In this document: one piece after another, positions 1 through 11,263 of the stretch
Position numbering within the stretch: the stretch's first letter is position 1
Layout of the letters: the number at the start of each line of letters is the position of its first letter
NCBI GenBank assembly: GCA_047967505.1
Contig: CM106538.1
DNA from: Dipteris shenzhenensis
Lineage: Eukaryota
Length of the DNA: 64,000 nt
Direction: 5' to 3' (one strand)
Made by a program: the position numbers and the translations under genes
Notes under the pieces: generated by a model
The model's input: the letters and a program-made list of their open reading frames with translations, nothing else
Told to the model about the DNA's origin: nothing
Databases searched by the model: none

Positions 1-30
1 TGAAGCCCCAACAAGAGAGTGAGAGGATGA

Positions 31-776
31 CTACGCTCTGGGCAAGTAAAGATTACAAAAGATGAGAAAAGATTTGGAAAAATAGGCAATGTTCTTTGTA
101 AGCCAAGCTTTGGTGGTGTCAATGCTTTAAAATTCGTTTCTGCAAAGAAGAAGAATGATAAGCTCAAACGTGCTAATGAGTTTGATGTATGGAGGAAGTC
201 ACACAATGCATGTTGTGAACGAGGGGGGAAGGGACAAAAAAGACTGGAAAAGGCACAAGTGTGGTTAGCTCTTGATAGCTTGGTACCTTTACTACAAAAG
301 AAAAGATTCGAAGAAGATGATGCACAGTGTTTCATCAATGTTGTGAATGACTTTAGTCAGAGTATGGAGATAGCTTGGGGAAAGAATCATTTCACACAAT
401 ACATGGTAATCTCTAACTTGGACATTGAGATGTGCATATTGAATGGTCCTATATTTACTGATTTGTTTTTCTATTTGGCAGCACATTTTATATGCTCATG
501 CACCATACGTGGCATGGAAGCATCGGAGTGTGGTCCACTCAGGGCATGGAAAGATTGCATTGGCAAGCATGTTGTGCATATAATAGAGTGACCCAACACG
601 GGGGTGGTAGAACTAAGTCAAGCCCAATGGTTCAATTGGTTCAATGGTGGTACAGGCGTATCGAAATAAGAGCACCTGCAACACTAGCATTCAAAGAGTC
701 CTTAGTGTCCCATGCAGTGCAAGATATTAATGCGGAACATCGAAGAAGAATATACAACTCATCGAATGCAAGATAG
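31..776 (+). pseudogene. C-terminal part of a RAG1/Transib/Chapaev-like DDE transposase (one intron, one frameshift; 5' part lies outside the window)
   Basis: Frame 1 is open from 31 to 405 (...KPSFGGVNALKF...AWGKNHFTQYM). A GT-AG intron at 406-481 joins this to HILYAHAPY. After a 1-nt frameshift (~510) it reads HGSIGVWSTQGMERLHWQ...TQHGGG. This parallels RAG1 [30 protein letters not shown]. Confidence 0.7.
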
Positions 777-1699
777 AATCATTCAAGGTGGTGTGCAACC
801 CATCATAGACAAGGGTGCATATGGGTGGAGACAAATGAAAATGATGGTGTACACTCTTCCAATGTGAATGCCCATGCATAAGTTTCAAAATTTCTTTGTA
901 ATTTTGGTTATGTGATTTGCAGTAAAGCCAATGTATAATGGACATGAGTTGCAGTATAAATGAGAAATTTTGTGTTATTGGATGTTAATTATAAGTATTT
1001 AGCTCAAGGTTACACTAATTTTATTTTTTTAGGGTTTTTATTGAAACAAGTATTTTTAAAAATTAGGGTTTTTGTCCCTATATAAGAGAATGCGCCCTCA
1101 TTTTCATTTCATTGTTTAAAGAGCTCTCCACTCCCACACCACCTCTCACTTGCCCCTAAAATTTCCACCCTATCTCTCACACCCTCACCCTTTCTCTTGC
1201 ACATTCTCTCCATCCCCCATGGCTAGGCCCGAGATCAAGGCACATTAGGGGAGAATTGGGGTCTTCAAAGGGCCCCCAATTAGTGTTTCCTAATTTCAAG
1301 GGATTAGTGAGGTATTTGAGGTGTACCAATGGGAGTGCTCCTTTTTGTGGGGCAATGCCATGTTGAGGTGGAGGGTGTGGGCAGACCTGTAAACAACCCC
1401 TATTGGCTACTCCTCTTACTCTGAGGACCACTCAAACCATCCCCCCTCCCCCTCAACCCATGCTTGACCCTTCTCCCATATGCACCTCCTCCAAACAAAC
1501 CTACAAGTCATTCAAGAGGCGGTGGGCCCTTCTGGGCAAATTTTTCCCCCCTCTCAGCTTGTTACAGGCCTGCCCCCTCCTTTTCTCTAGTCCAGCTCCA
1601 TTCTCCCTCCATTTTTCAAATGTGGGAAGTCATTTGGCATCTTCTCTGCCCCCTCCTGCTCTGATCCACTGTGTTTCTCCCTCTCCAGCACCTCCTGTA

Positions 1700-1925
1700 G
1701 CAGCTGCTCACTCTCTCCATTCCTAGCTACAACACCTCCTACATCAGCAGCTGCTCATCGGGCCCTTTGCTCTTTCTCCCTCCATTCCTAGCTATAGTGC
1801 CTCTCGTAGTGGCTGCTCATCCCCCTCTGCTCTTTCTCCCTCCATTCCTAGCTACAACACCTCCTAGAGTAGCTGCTCATCCCCCTCTGCTCTTTCTCCC
1901 TCCATTCTTAGCTATAGCACCTCAT
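1700..1925. repeat. ~60-bp tandem repeat, about 3.5 copies
   Basis: GCTGCTCATCCCCCTCTGCTCTTTCTCCCTCCATTCCTAGCTA recurs at about 60-nt spacing. Confidence 0.85.
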
Positions 1926-2052
1926 GGAGCTTCTCTCAACCTTCAGTTGCACCCTCTATACCTTCTCCCTCTCTCTCCCTCTATTGGAGCTGCTCTCTCC
2001 CTCCAAGCTACACTTTCTAGTCCACTATTGTTGCTGTGACCTCTGTACAAGC

Positions 2053-3352
2053 ATGGTGAGGAGACCATACATGTACTATGTGTCCCACAGGAGCAAAAAT
2101 GCACTGGGTGGATGGGTGCCTTGCACCTACAGCTTGAATGATTGGATAGTCATGAGAGGATCTGCCAAGGGTCCACATAAGCTTCCCAAGAGCAAAAGAG
2201 GTGATCTTTTGCATGAATAGAAGGGCCGCATCATGAAGTTCAAGCTTAGGGATGGCTTGCAAAGGTGTAACACATCTACATGGGGAAGGATATGTGCCTT
2301 CCTTCATCAAGCAATCAATCGACAATACCATCGCATTTTAAATCTGCATTTTGTGTAAGATTTTGAAGTGTAATGAGTTAGTTTGAAATTGTATTTTAAA
2401 ATAGAACCAGTGTAATGAGTCAGTTTGAACTTGTATTTTGAAATAGCACTTGTGCATAGCAGATGTATTTCCTTCAGACTTTGAGGAGTGGGAACCAGTC
2501 GAGTGCTTCTTAGGTAAGTTTACTGCCATTCATGAGGATTTAGGAAGGCAAACGCATGCTGGAGATAAGTCCTCTGCTTTGAAATAGAGAAATATCAATT
2601 GGTATAATGCCAAGTACATTACTCCAAGGATGGCATCAGGCTATGGCCATCTTCAATGCATTGCAACACCACAACTTGAAGATGTGGATTGCAGCATGGC
2701 GGACACAAGAACAATGCAATCATACAAGGAAAAGATTGCAAAGGATGTGGGCATGGCCATGAAGTTTACAGTTGGCTCTAAATGGGTAAGGTTGTCTTGG
2801 TTTATGCCTTTGCACATTTTTTCTTCTTGTTTTCAGAATATCCAGATGCACAAAACAAAAACCATGTGGTCATGCAAGTGCCTACATGAGAATGCCCTTG
2901 AGGAATTGCTTGGGGTGAATTGGGGAAGCAGGTCAGGTGAACAAAAGGGTGATTAGTTTCAATGCCATGTATGTAAGGACAATGTGATTATCAAGTACCA
3001 CATCTCCCACTAAATGTTATATTTTGCTTTCCAATATAGGTGCTGGAAGAAAAAATGTGGCAATTGGCTCCCCCTTGACTCTAACAATGATGATAATACA
3101 GGGGTAAGTTTATGTATTGGTTCTCATTGAGGAGATGTCAAGATTGTGGCTATCATGTCACAGTGGACTCTCATAGACGTGCGGGAACACCTATTGGTCA
3201 TGGAGGATGGCATGTCTAAGTCCCTTCACTTTACCTTAAATGGTGAAAAGGTAGGAAAGCGTGCAGAGAAGCTCGTGCATAGTGCCACTTTTATCCCTCC
3301 TACAATATTGAAGATTGTAAGCAATGTGGGGTGGAACAATTATGGATTTTAA
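2053..3352 (+). pseudogene. BAH-like domain gene, paralog A (plus a central unknown domain and a possible ubiquitin-like C-terminal domain)
   Basis: Segments GGWVPCTYSLNDWIVM, (W>*)KGRIMKFK, VFPSDFEEWEPVECFLGKFTAIH, WYNAKY, RLSWFMP, WTLIDVREHL and FTLNGEKV are colinear with the minus-strand gene at 9078-10449. Several in-frame stops; probable intron at ~2330-2460. Confidence 0.6.
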
Positions 3353-3553
3353 CATTTTCCAAATAATAGTGGTGCAATTAATTTTGATATTTTGAATGGT
3401 TTTGTTTCATGTCAATGTCAATATTTTTCCAAAAATTTTATAATTCTATTTATTTTTTATATTTAGAACATTTGGGTATATATAGGTTATAAAGTTACTT
3501 TAGTTTCAAAGTTTCGCTATCATAGCCATAGTTCTCCTAGCTACCAAACTACC

Positions 3554-5019
3554 ATGGATTTTTTTAGGTCTGCCTTCCACGATTTCATCTCTTGCACTCC
3601 ATTAGTTCATAGAGAGGAGGAGTTATTTCCAGTGTTTGATAAGAGCATAGATGTCCTAGGCACCTACTTGGGAGCTCGAGATGATTTTGAAGACTCATCA
3701 AGTACATGCAAGACTACATCGTGAGTTTTGCATATCAACTTGATGAGTCTACAAAAAGATGGGACCCAATTGATTATTTGAAGTACTTGTTCAATCAAGA
3801 ACCTAGGTTCATCAAGCATTTAGATCACCTAGCTCACACCCCTAGGGTTTAGAGAGGTGGACACTGATGACCTCCTAGCATGTGGAGTTGTCCAAAACAC
3901 AGGAAATATGTTCCTATCCTGGGAAATGACCTTTATTTTTCTTCTCCAGGAGGGACAAATGGAAGAGCAGGCCTTGACCTCAAGCCCAGACCGTACACCT
4001 ACCCTTTATGATCCTCTTATTTCTATAGATGAGCCCAACATCTACAATGAAGAGCCCATGGATGAAGAAGCTGAGGAGCGGGAAGCTGCATTGGCCCTGG
4101 AAGTGCTCCAACAATCTCCTGAACCCCATTCTACTTCTCAAATTCCATCCACCCTAGGCACACCTTTGTTGACCCCGCAACAATGATATGGTTTCTTGCT
4201 CCCCTTCTTATCGATGGAGAACAATACCTCTTTCTCCATGACATAGAGGTTATGTTTGGTCTCCGAGAGGATGAAGCTCTTGGTGTCCTGTGTGGATATG
4301 AGGTGGATATGACTATGCAAGAAGCTGGGTTTTTGGGAGCAGATGATTCAATAGAAGAGGTTCTTGCTTTAACACTGGCCCAAATCAAAGATCCAAAGAC
4401 ATCAATCTACTCTAACCTACCTGATGTTCCAGAAGAAGCCTCCACATCTCACTCCAGATAGGAGGAGGCCTCTGGATCCATCCTCATTGACAAAGAGGAA
4501 GGGATTGAGCATGATGACTCCATAGTGGTAAGAAACTACGAGCTTTGAATTTCTTCTCTCTTGGTATACTTTTGCTTAAATGGAATTCTAATGTAATGTT
4601 GGACTGTTGCAGGAGGCATTTGAGGTCGACCTATTCTCATCTCGACAACGCCTTGTTCGCAGTAGCTTCGACCGAGATCACTCACTGGCACATTAACTTG
4701 GCCAAGCAAAAGGGTGCTTTGTGGTTACCCACAAAAAGTTGGCACTAATGACCTCCTGAAGTGCAAGGCCTTGTCACGAGTGATTGGTCATGCTGACATC
4801 AATTGCAATGCTGACAAGGTCATTTTGGTGAACCGCATGGCTGCCCTCAATGCCTTTGGAACCAATTTTCAAGGTATGGCATTGATGGCAGCAACCATGT
4901 CCCTGGCCAGCAATGGCAATAGCGTTGACTCTCTATCGACTAGGTTTAGAGCTAGGAATGCATTTGGGAATCCAAAGCTTGATGTTCTCAGTGTTTTAGA
5001 GAAGAAAGAAAGGCTTTGA
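3554..5019 (+). pseudogene. Degenerate spliced gene of unknown function
   Basis: Chain of same-strand ORF pieces (3857-4186, 4183-4461, 4714-5019) with acidic stretches, an intron-like GTAAG...TTGCAG at ~4528-4611 and an AT-rich 3' flank. Confidence 0.35.
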
Positions 5020-5252
5020 AGCCTTATTATATAGAAATTTTATTTTATATGAATACATATATACTTTTTATACAGTGTCCCATTTTGTATTCTTTTACAA
5101 AATTTATTTTATACTGTCATTGTATTTTGTGACTTTAATTGTTGTTGGCATTAATATTTTCATTCACTATTATGTTCAAAAGCACGCTATCATATAAATA
5201 TTTGCGCTATAATGGTCATTTCTGAGCAATCCAGTAAGAATCTCACCATGCG

Positions 5253-5443
5253 ACAGAAGGCAAATCTATTCGGCATCGTGCGAGGAGCCCAAAAAAGCAA
5301 AAACCCGCTATGGCGCATATGGGGCCTGTTTGACCAAGTCAAACAGGCCCCATATGCCTTGGTCAAACAGGCCCCATACACGCTATAGCAGGTTTTTGCT
5401 TTTCTGGGCTCCCTGTGTGATGCCGAACACATTTGCCTTCTGT
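5253..5443. repeat. Long imperfect palindrome (~85-bp arms) whose 19-nt spacer is a partial third copy of the arm
   Basis: 5253-5338 is the reverse complement of 5358-5443. The spacer TCAAACAGGCCCCATATGC pairs perfectly with GCATATGGGGCCTGTTTGA in the left arm. Confidence 0.9.
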
Positions 5444-5635
5444 GCCACAATGAAAAAACATCATTTGGCCACTCAAATTCACACTGAACTTGCATAAACT
5501 GATGGAAAGCATCACGTAACATGTATAATAACATGGGAATAATAATAGAACATAAAAATATATTTTATTCATTGGCCTCAAAGGGTAGAGATTCACAAAA
5601 TGATTCAAGTTACACTAAATGAACCTAAACAACAT

Positions 5636-6710
5636 CTAGGGCCTAAGGGAGGGATCGGAGCAGATGCGCTTGGCGAGGGTAAGATCCTTGTCCATCACTG
5701 TTACTCTTTTGGCATGGATAGCACATATATTTGTGTCTTCAAAAAGACCTACTCTCATCTGCTCCGTTGCCTCCTAAATTGCTCCCATAACGCCTGAAGT
5801 GAAACCCACATCATCCTTGTAATGTTGTGCTATTTCACGTACAACACGCTCACGGGGAATGAGATTGTCCATAGTGGTTTGGAACTTGTGGATCTCCTGA
5901 AGGGCCTTCACGCCTGATTTTTTGTGTCTCTTAATCTTTGGGGGACCTTGCATTGACCTCTGGACATGGCTCCATGGCCGCTTGTCCGCTTTGAACTTCT
6001 TTCGCCTCTCCTCCCTTGCAACCACCTCTTCAGACTCCTCTTCCTGTGTCTAGTGGGTCCTTCGAGGTGGCTTGTTGTGCCTAGGGGTTTGCTTTGTCCT
6101 TGATCTCTTTTCCTTTTCATGAGGCTGAGGCTCTTGCTTAGCTCGTACTAGAGGCTCCTCATATCTGATAATTTCGAGGCATTGAGGGTTGATGGTGCTC
6201 TTCCGTGCGGTCTGCTTGGTTGGAGGATTAGGGCCACAAGGTTCACTATATCTGCGAGCCCACCAAATACTTCCTCTTGTTATGGCTCCTATAATCTCTC
6301 CATCTTCTCTCTTTGCCTTTCTTGCTCCCCTTGTTGCTCTAGATGCTCCCATTCCAGGACCCCACGGAGGAGGGAGGGGCAGTTGATTAGGATTGATTGG
6401 ACTATTTTTCCCCTCTTGGGAGACCTCTCTATTTCCATGTTTAGTTGTGTGGAAAGACTGAGAGGACCCCTGATCGTGCTTGGATCCTTCCTCATGCTGG
6501 GATTCCTCATGGTGCTGAGATCCCTGGGATCCCCCATGAGAGTCGAATGGTGGGGACTCGCATTGCTTGGACTCCTGATGATGAGAACCGCCTTCACATC
6601 CCTCTTGATCATTGCCCTCTTGGCCATTGGTGCTTGCAGTGTGTTCGGAGGCCATGGAGTTGTGAGGAGGACAATAGGTAGCGTCCAGCAGTTTGTTTAA
6701 CTCATGCCAT
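5636..6710 (-). pseudogene. Histone H3-derived gene with a long N-terminal extension and repeated H3-tail motifs
   Basis: Histone fold: ALQEIHKFQ...VVREIAQHYKDDVGF...[39 protein letters not shown]. Tail motifs: MA*VKQTA (ATG at 6710), TKQTARKST (6194-6220), RTKQTPR (6080-6100). One frame runs from 6655 to 5636 with two TAG stops; a frameshift lies between 6710 and 6655. Confidence 0.85.
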
Positions 6711-6993
6711 GGAAATGAGGGATTTTAGGGTATTGAATTGCTTTATATAGTCTTTTTTAAAGCACTTTAGGGTTTTTCTTTTGAATTAGGGTTTTTTGAG
6801 TACACCCCCTCCCCCCCTATTCTTTTGTCGTCGCCAGTTTAGTAATACTTAATCTTCACCACCCTCCCTCCCAACCCACTCACTTCTCCGCCCTGCCATG
6901 TCGCACATGCAATTCTACAATTTCCAAACAAATTTGTGAATTTTGGAATCTATAATTGACTCAAAATAGTGTTAACTTTATTCATCAAACATT

Positions 6994-7476
6994 TTACATT
7001 TGGGGCTCTCTTAGGACCCAACGCCTCCCCTGTCTGACTCTATGTTGCAACCAAAGCGCAACCCCTTGGCTCCCTATTGAGGACTTCCAAGCAGCACATC
7101 TCCTTGTCTTCTTGACATGTTGAACCGCTTTTGCGAGACTTGAGACATCTAGATTACAGGTAGAGGATGGATATGCACGAGTCGGATATGAAGATAAGAT
7201 GACCTCACTTTCAACTTGCTCCTCTATGAGGCTAATAGTATGCTCCTCAAGTTCCAAGTCTAGGTTTAGGTCATCTCCTCCACCATTTGTTGATGGACCT
7301 GCTCCACCACTTGTGGATGCAGGACCCTCGGACTACTCACCAACATCCTCATCAAACTTACTAGTCGCAAGGAGAATGGTAAGGGCTACATCTCTCTCGA
7401 TCAAATGAATTGGGGAAGATGAATCATCCCTGATGGGAATAGCATACTCACGGAGAGAGATAGGGACATTATCCAT
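6994..7476 (-). pseudogene. ~160-codon orphan ORF (acidic middle, basic C-terminus) with one internal stop
   Basis: ATG at 7476 is in frame with ORF 6994-7257, with one intervening TAG. Confidence 0.35.
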
Positions 7477-7934
7477 GGCCCTACCTAGTGTCTTCTTAAA
7501 GTTAGCACTCTGGTAAACTCAAAATATCCAATGAAACCCATTGGTGAGGGGAGTTAGCAATCACGACAAATTGCCCATGGATAATAAGTCTTTCAAAAAA
7601 TTAAAGGGAGGGATTATCAGCAAGAAGGAGAGCTCTCAAGTGTGACTCAAGATTGGAATGCCTTGCAAAAGATAGAATAAACCTAATCTGCACATGCATG
7701 GGAATCAGTGGATGAAATCCATTGGTCAAAAGCCTCTCTAGGGGAAGCCATGAGTGTAGGAGGATGCTCGGGAAACGAAAGAGGAGGCTGTGGAATGCAA
7801 GGTTACTCAAGAGTGGGAAACTGAAAATGTGAAAATGAACTTAGAAGTGTACTTTATAAATGGGCATAAATGGGCATTGCCCTTAAAAATGCTCTTAATT
7901 ACAATATTTTTATATTTATTATTTTTTCTTTGGA

Positions 7935-7936
<2 letters not shown>

Positions 7937-7980
<44 letters not shown>

Positions 7981-8085
7981 GCCCTTAGCTATCTCCCTCT
8001 CTCTGTCTCTCTCTCATAGACCCACAAGGTCTTCCGAGGATGTTAATATATCTTTCTTTCTTTCCCTTCCTTTGTGTCCCTCATT

Positions 8086-8126
<41 letters not shown>

Positions 8127-8166
8127 ATCTATCTATCTCTTTCTCTCCCTTTGTGTCCCTATTTGC

Positions 8167-8200
<34 letters not shown>

Positions 8201-8739
8201 CCCCGATGATCATCTTGTTGCCATATTGCCCTGAACTATCTATGTCATGGACATTGATTTTACATATACAGTTTTTGTATTTTGTTAACGGCTCCACCCT
8301 TTGGATCAATTGTATCTAGGTTTTTTTTCAATCTCATAGTCTCTCAAAGACCTTAATTAACTTTCTTATTTTTCTCTTTCTCAACTTAGAGGTGCAAAAG
8401 AATAAATGCAATCTTAACTCTCTCTCTCTTCCCATTCTCTACCTCTCTCTCTCTCTATCCCACTCTCCATCTCCCTCTTTCTGTCCTCGTCTCCATTGTC
8501 ATGGACATTGATTTTACGTATACACTTTTTGTATTTTGTTGGCGAATCCACCCTTTGGATCAGTTGTATCTAGGTTTTTTTTCAATCTCATAGTCTCTCA
8601 AAGACCTTAATTAACTTTCCTATTTTTCTCTTTCTCAACTTAGAGGTGCAAATGAATAAATGCAACCTTAACTCTCTATGTCTCCCTTTGTGTCCGTCCC
8701 CCTCCCTCTGTCTCTTTCCCTCCCTTTGTGTCTGTGACT

Positions 8740-8782
<43 letters not shown>

Positions 8783-8830
8783 TACACGCTCTAATTGCTA
8801 TCTATCTCTCTCACACACTCTCTCTCTTGC
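7937..8830. repeat. (CT)n microsatellite cluster containing a ~185-bp direct duplication
   Basis: Multiple (CT)n tracts. TGTCATGGACATTGATTTTAC...AATAAATGCAA occurs at ~8244-8430 and ~8497-8680. Confidence 0.85.
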
Positions 8831-9077
8831 ACAATACAGATATACAAATACTTACACAAATTTAGAATTACAAATATTTATCGCTTTATCATTCATAGAC
8901 CATAGAGAGCCATCAATCTAGAGGTACATACTTAATTTAAAAAATCTTAACAATAAATGAAACAACACTTTGTATTATATATGATTTTTGTCATACATGT
9001 AACAATGTCTCATTGCCAAGTGCATTGTTGAAGCACTAAGGATCGAAGAAATTGGATATCATATGAAATACCTACCA

Positions 9078-10449
9078 TCATGTCTCTACTATTTCTAGAG
9101 TATGGGGGGGGCAACTATTCTTACCAAGGATACTTGTCTCATCCCTATATCTAGCTTTGCGATTATCAAGTCTAAAATAATAGTCTTAGGGAGGGCTTAC
9201 TGTTGCCAACTGCAATTCTTCCTTGATAAATTGCATGGTCCACTCCTCTTCCAATTCTAATATTAGATTAGGATGTCCTTGCCGATAAATTGATACCTCG
9301 ACAATAGGACTATAAGTCCCATCGCACAGATCATCATCTATTGCTTCCCATTGAAGGTTCTTCCATCTAAACCTTCTATATGTGAAAGTCATGCAGAGAT
9401 TTTACCTTCCAATGAAATACCTGTAAAATTTGGGATCTATTAATACATAACATCCTGATCATTTTTTATACAAACAAGAATTGTAAGGTTTGCTCACGAA
9501 AATGTCACATCTGAAGTATTCAATCGACATTGTACTAAATCTTTGGCATGACATGTTCTTGTTGTCCATCCATTGTCAAATAGCTCAAACAGCCAGTCCA
9601 TTTCTAAGCTCTTGCAAGTGTAATTAATGTTTGTTTTCCTTAATTACCTACAACTTGCAAAGAAATCAACAAAGCATGAAAATGGAAGAAACCAACTCAA
9701 CCTAGAATTTCTTCTACTAGTAGTTGGCTTCATAGCATTTCTCACATCATTAAACATTATATTTCTATATGATTCATGTATCTCCATGCTTGGAAGCGGC
9801 CATTCTAGACTATCAAAAGAGGGCAAGGGAAGAGATCTTAGTCTACCATACTATCCTTCTTCATCTAGCACAATGAACATTGAGTCATAGAAGAAGATCC
9901 TGTCCTTTTTTTAATTCTGATGGTGCGACCTTCATACTGAAGACTCCCGATCTCAACATGGAGAACATGTAACACCCCAGTTACACATGCTGCAAGCTCC
10001 CACTCTTTGTAAGTAGATGGATATAAGTTTGTAAAACAAATACAAGGCATAAGACAGTAGTATCAACGTCCCCAAATAAATGCAAATACTCTAAAAAGCA
10101 AATGAAGTACTAGTACACTTTGAAAAACTTACAATTGGGCCTACGATATGGAAGTCCTACATTCGGATGCACATATATGTTTGCATGGGTAAAGACATGC
10201 TGAATATATACCTGTGCCACTATACTGCCAGGAGAAATTTTAAAATCTAAGATCCTTCCCTTCCAATGTTTGGAGATATCCATTGCATCCTTCTGACCCA
10301 CTTTGTAGCACCCACAATTAGTGGGTTGCATTGTGATCCAAGGAATATTTCCTGTAGAGCTGAGGAATCCATTCCCCATGCTCACCCTTAACATTCTTCA
10401 ATATAACAGACTGTAAACTACTTCTATATCTATTATTTTCTACTTCCAT
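9078..10449 (-). pseudogene. BAH-like domain gene, paralog B (multi-exon)
   Basis: GEWIPQLY, HWKGRILDFK, NYLYPSTYKEWELAACVTGVLHVLH, FFYDSMF, RLSWFLP, WTMQFIKEEL, FRLDNRK...PPHTLEIV. Introns at ~10029-10133 (acceptor mutated to AA) and ~9422-9497 (GTGAG...TTTTACAG). Stops and frameshifts present. Confidence 0.6.
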
Positions 10450-10499
10450 AGTTTCTGCCCCTGTACCATATGATTAAAATTAGCTCTTTCTACTTCCAA

Positions 10500-10564
10500 A
10501 GACCCTCCAAATTTATGTCTTCTATTCTCTCTTTCTCTATGCCTCTCTTTCTCTTTCTTTGCAA

Positions 10565-10595
<31 letters not shown>

Positions 10596-11211
10596 CTTCC
10601 CTCTCTCCTTTAACTAAATCTCTCACAAAAACAAATAAAATATTATTACAAAAAACATAGAATACTTCTCTCTCTCAGTCTGTCTTCCAAGGTACCCCTC
10701 ACACAAACATCAATTTTTTTTGAAATACTTAACTACGATATGCTCTCTTCCCACTCTGTTTCAAACAAAGAAACAATATCAATATCATATCACTCTCTCT
10801 CCCTCCCAAAACTCTTTGACTAGAATCTCTTTTTCTTCCTTCTTTCTCAAATACTTCTAAAACCTAGCAATTTGAAACACAATCTCTATCTCTCTCCCTC
10901 AATCATCCCCTCAACAGAAGAAAACATAGCAGTTCAAAATATAATCTCTGACTCTCTTTTCCCTTCCTCTATCTACCCCTCCTATACTAGCAAATTAAAA
11001 AACTACTATTTTCTATCTCTCTCCCTCAGTCCTCCCCTAAAACAGATAAGAAAACATAGCAGTTTCAAATATAATCTCTCTCTCTCTCTCTCTCTCTCCC
11101 TCTCTCCCTTCCTATATCTATTCCTTCTATACTAATGAAGAAAAAAATGAATATTTTATGTCTCTCTCTCCCTCACTCATCCCCTCAAATAAAAAATAAC
11201 ATAGCAGTTCG

Positions 11212-11263
<52 letters not shown>

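Noticed and set aside
1025-1075. TAGGGTTT telomere-like or telo-box motifs (also ~6725-6795)
   Set aside because: Isolated single units that are common in plant DNA; function is not supportable from sequence alone.
1700-1925. CRISPR-like array
   Set aside because: Contiguous tandem units without unique spacers, in eukaryotic context with no cas genes.
5636-6710. CENH3 or a functional canonical H3 gene
   Set aside because: Loop 1 is not extended and the canonical F/T residues are retained. In-frame stops, a frameshift and the aberrant tail exclude a functional canonical H3.
7790-8921. ORFs with SLSLSL runs
   Set aside because: Translations of (CT)n microsatellites.
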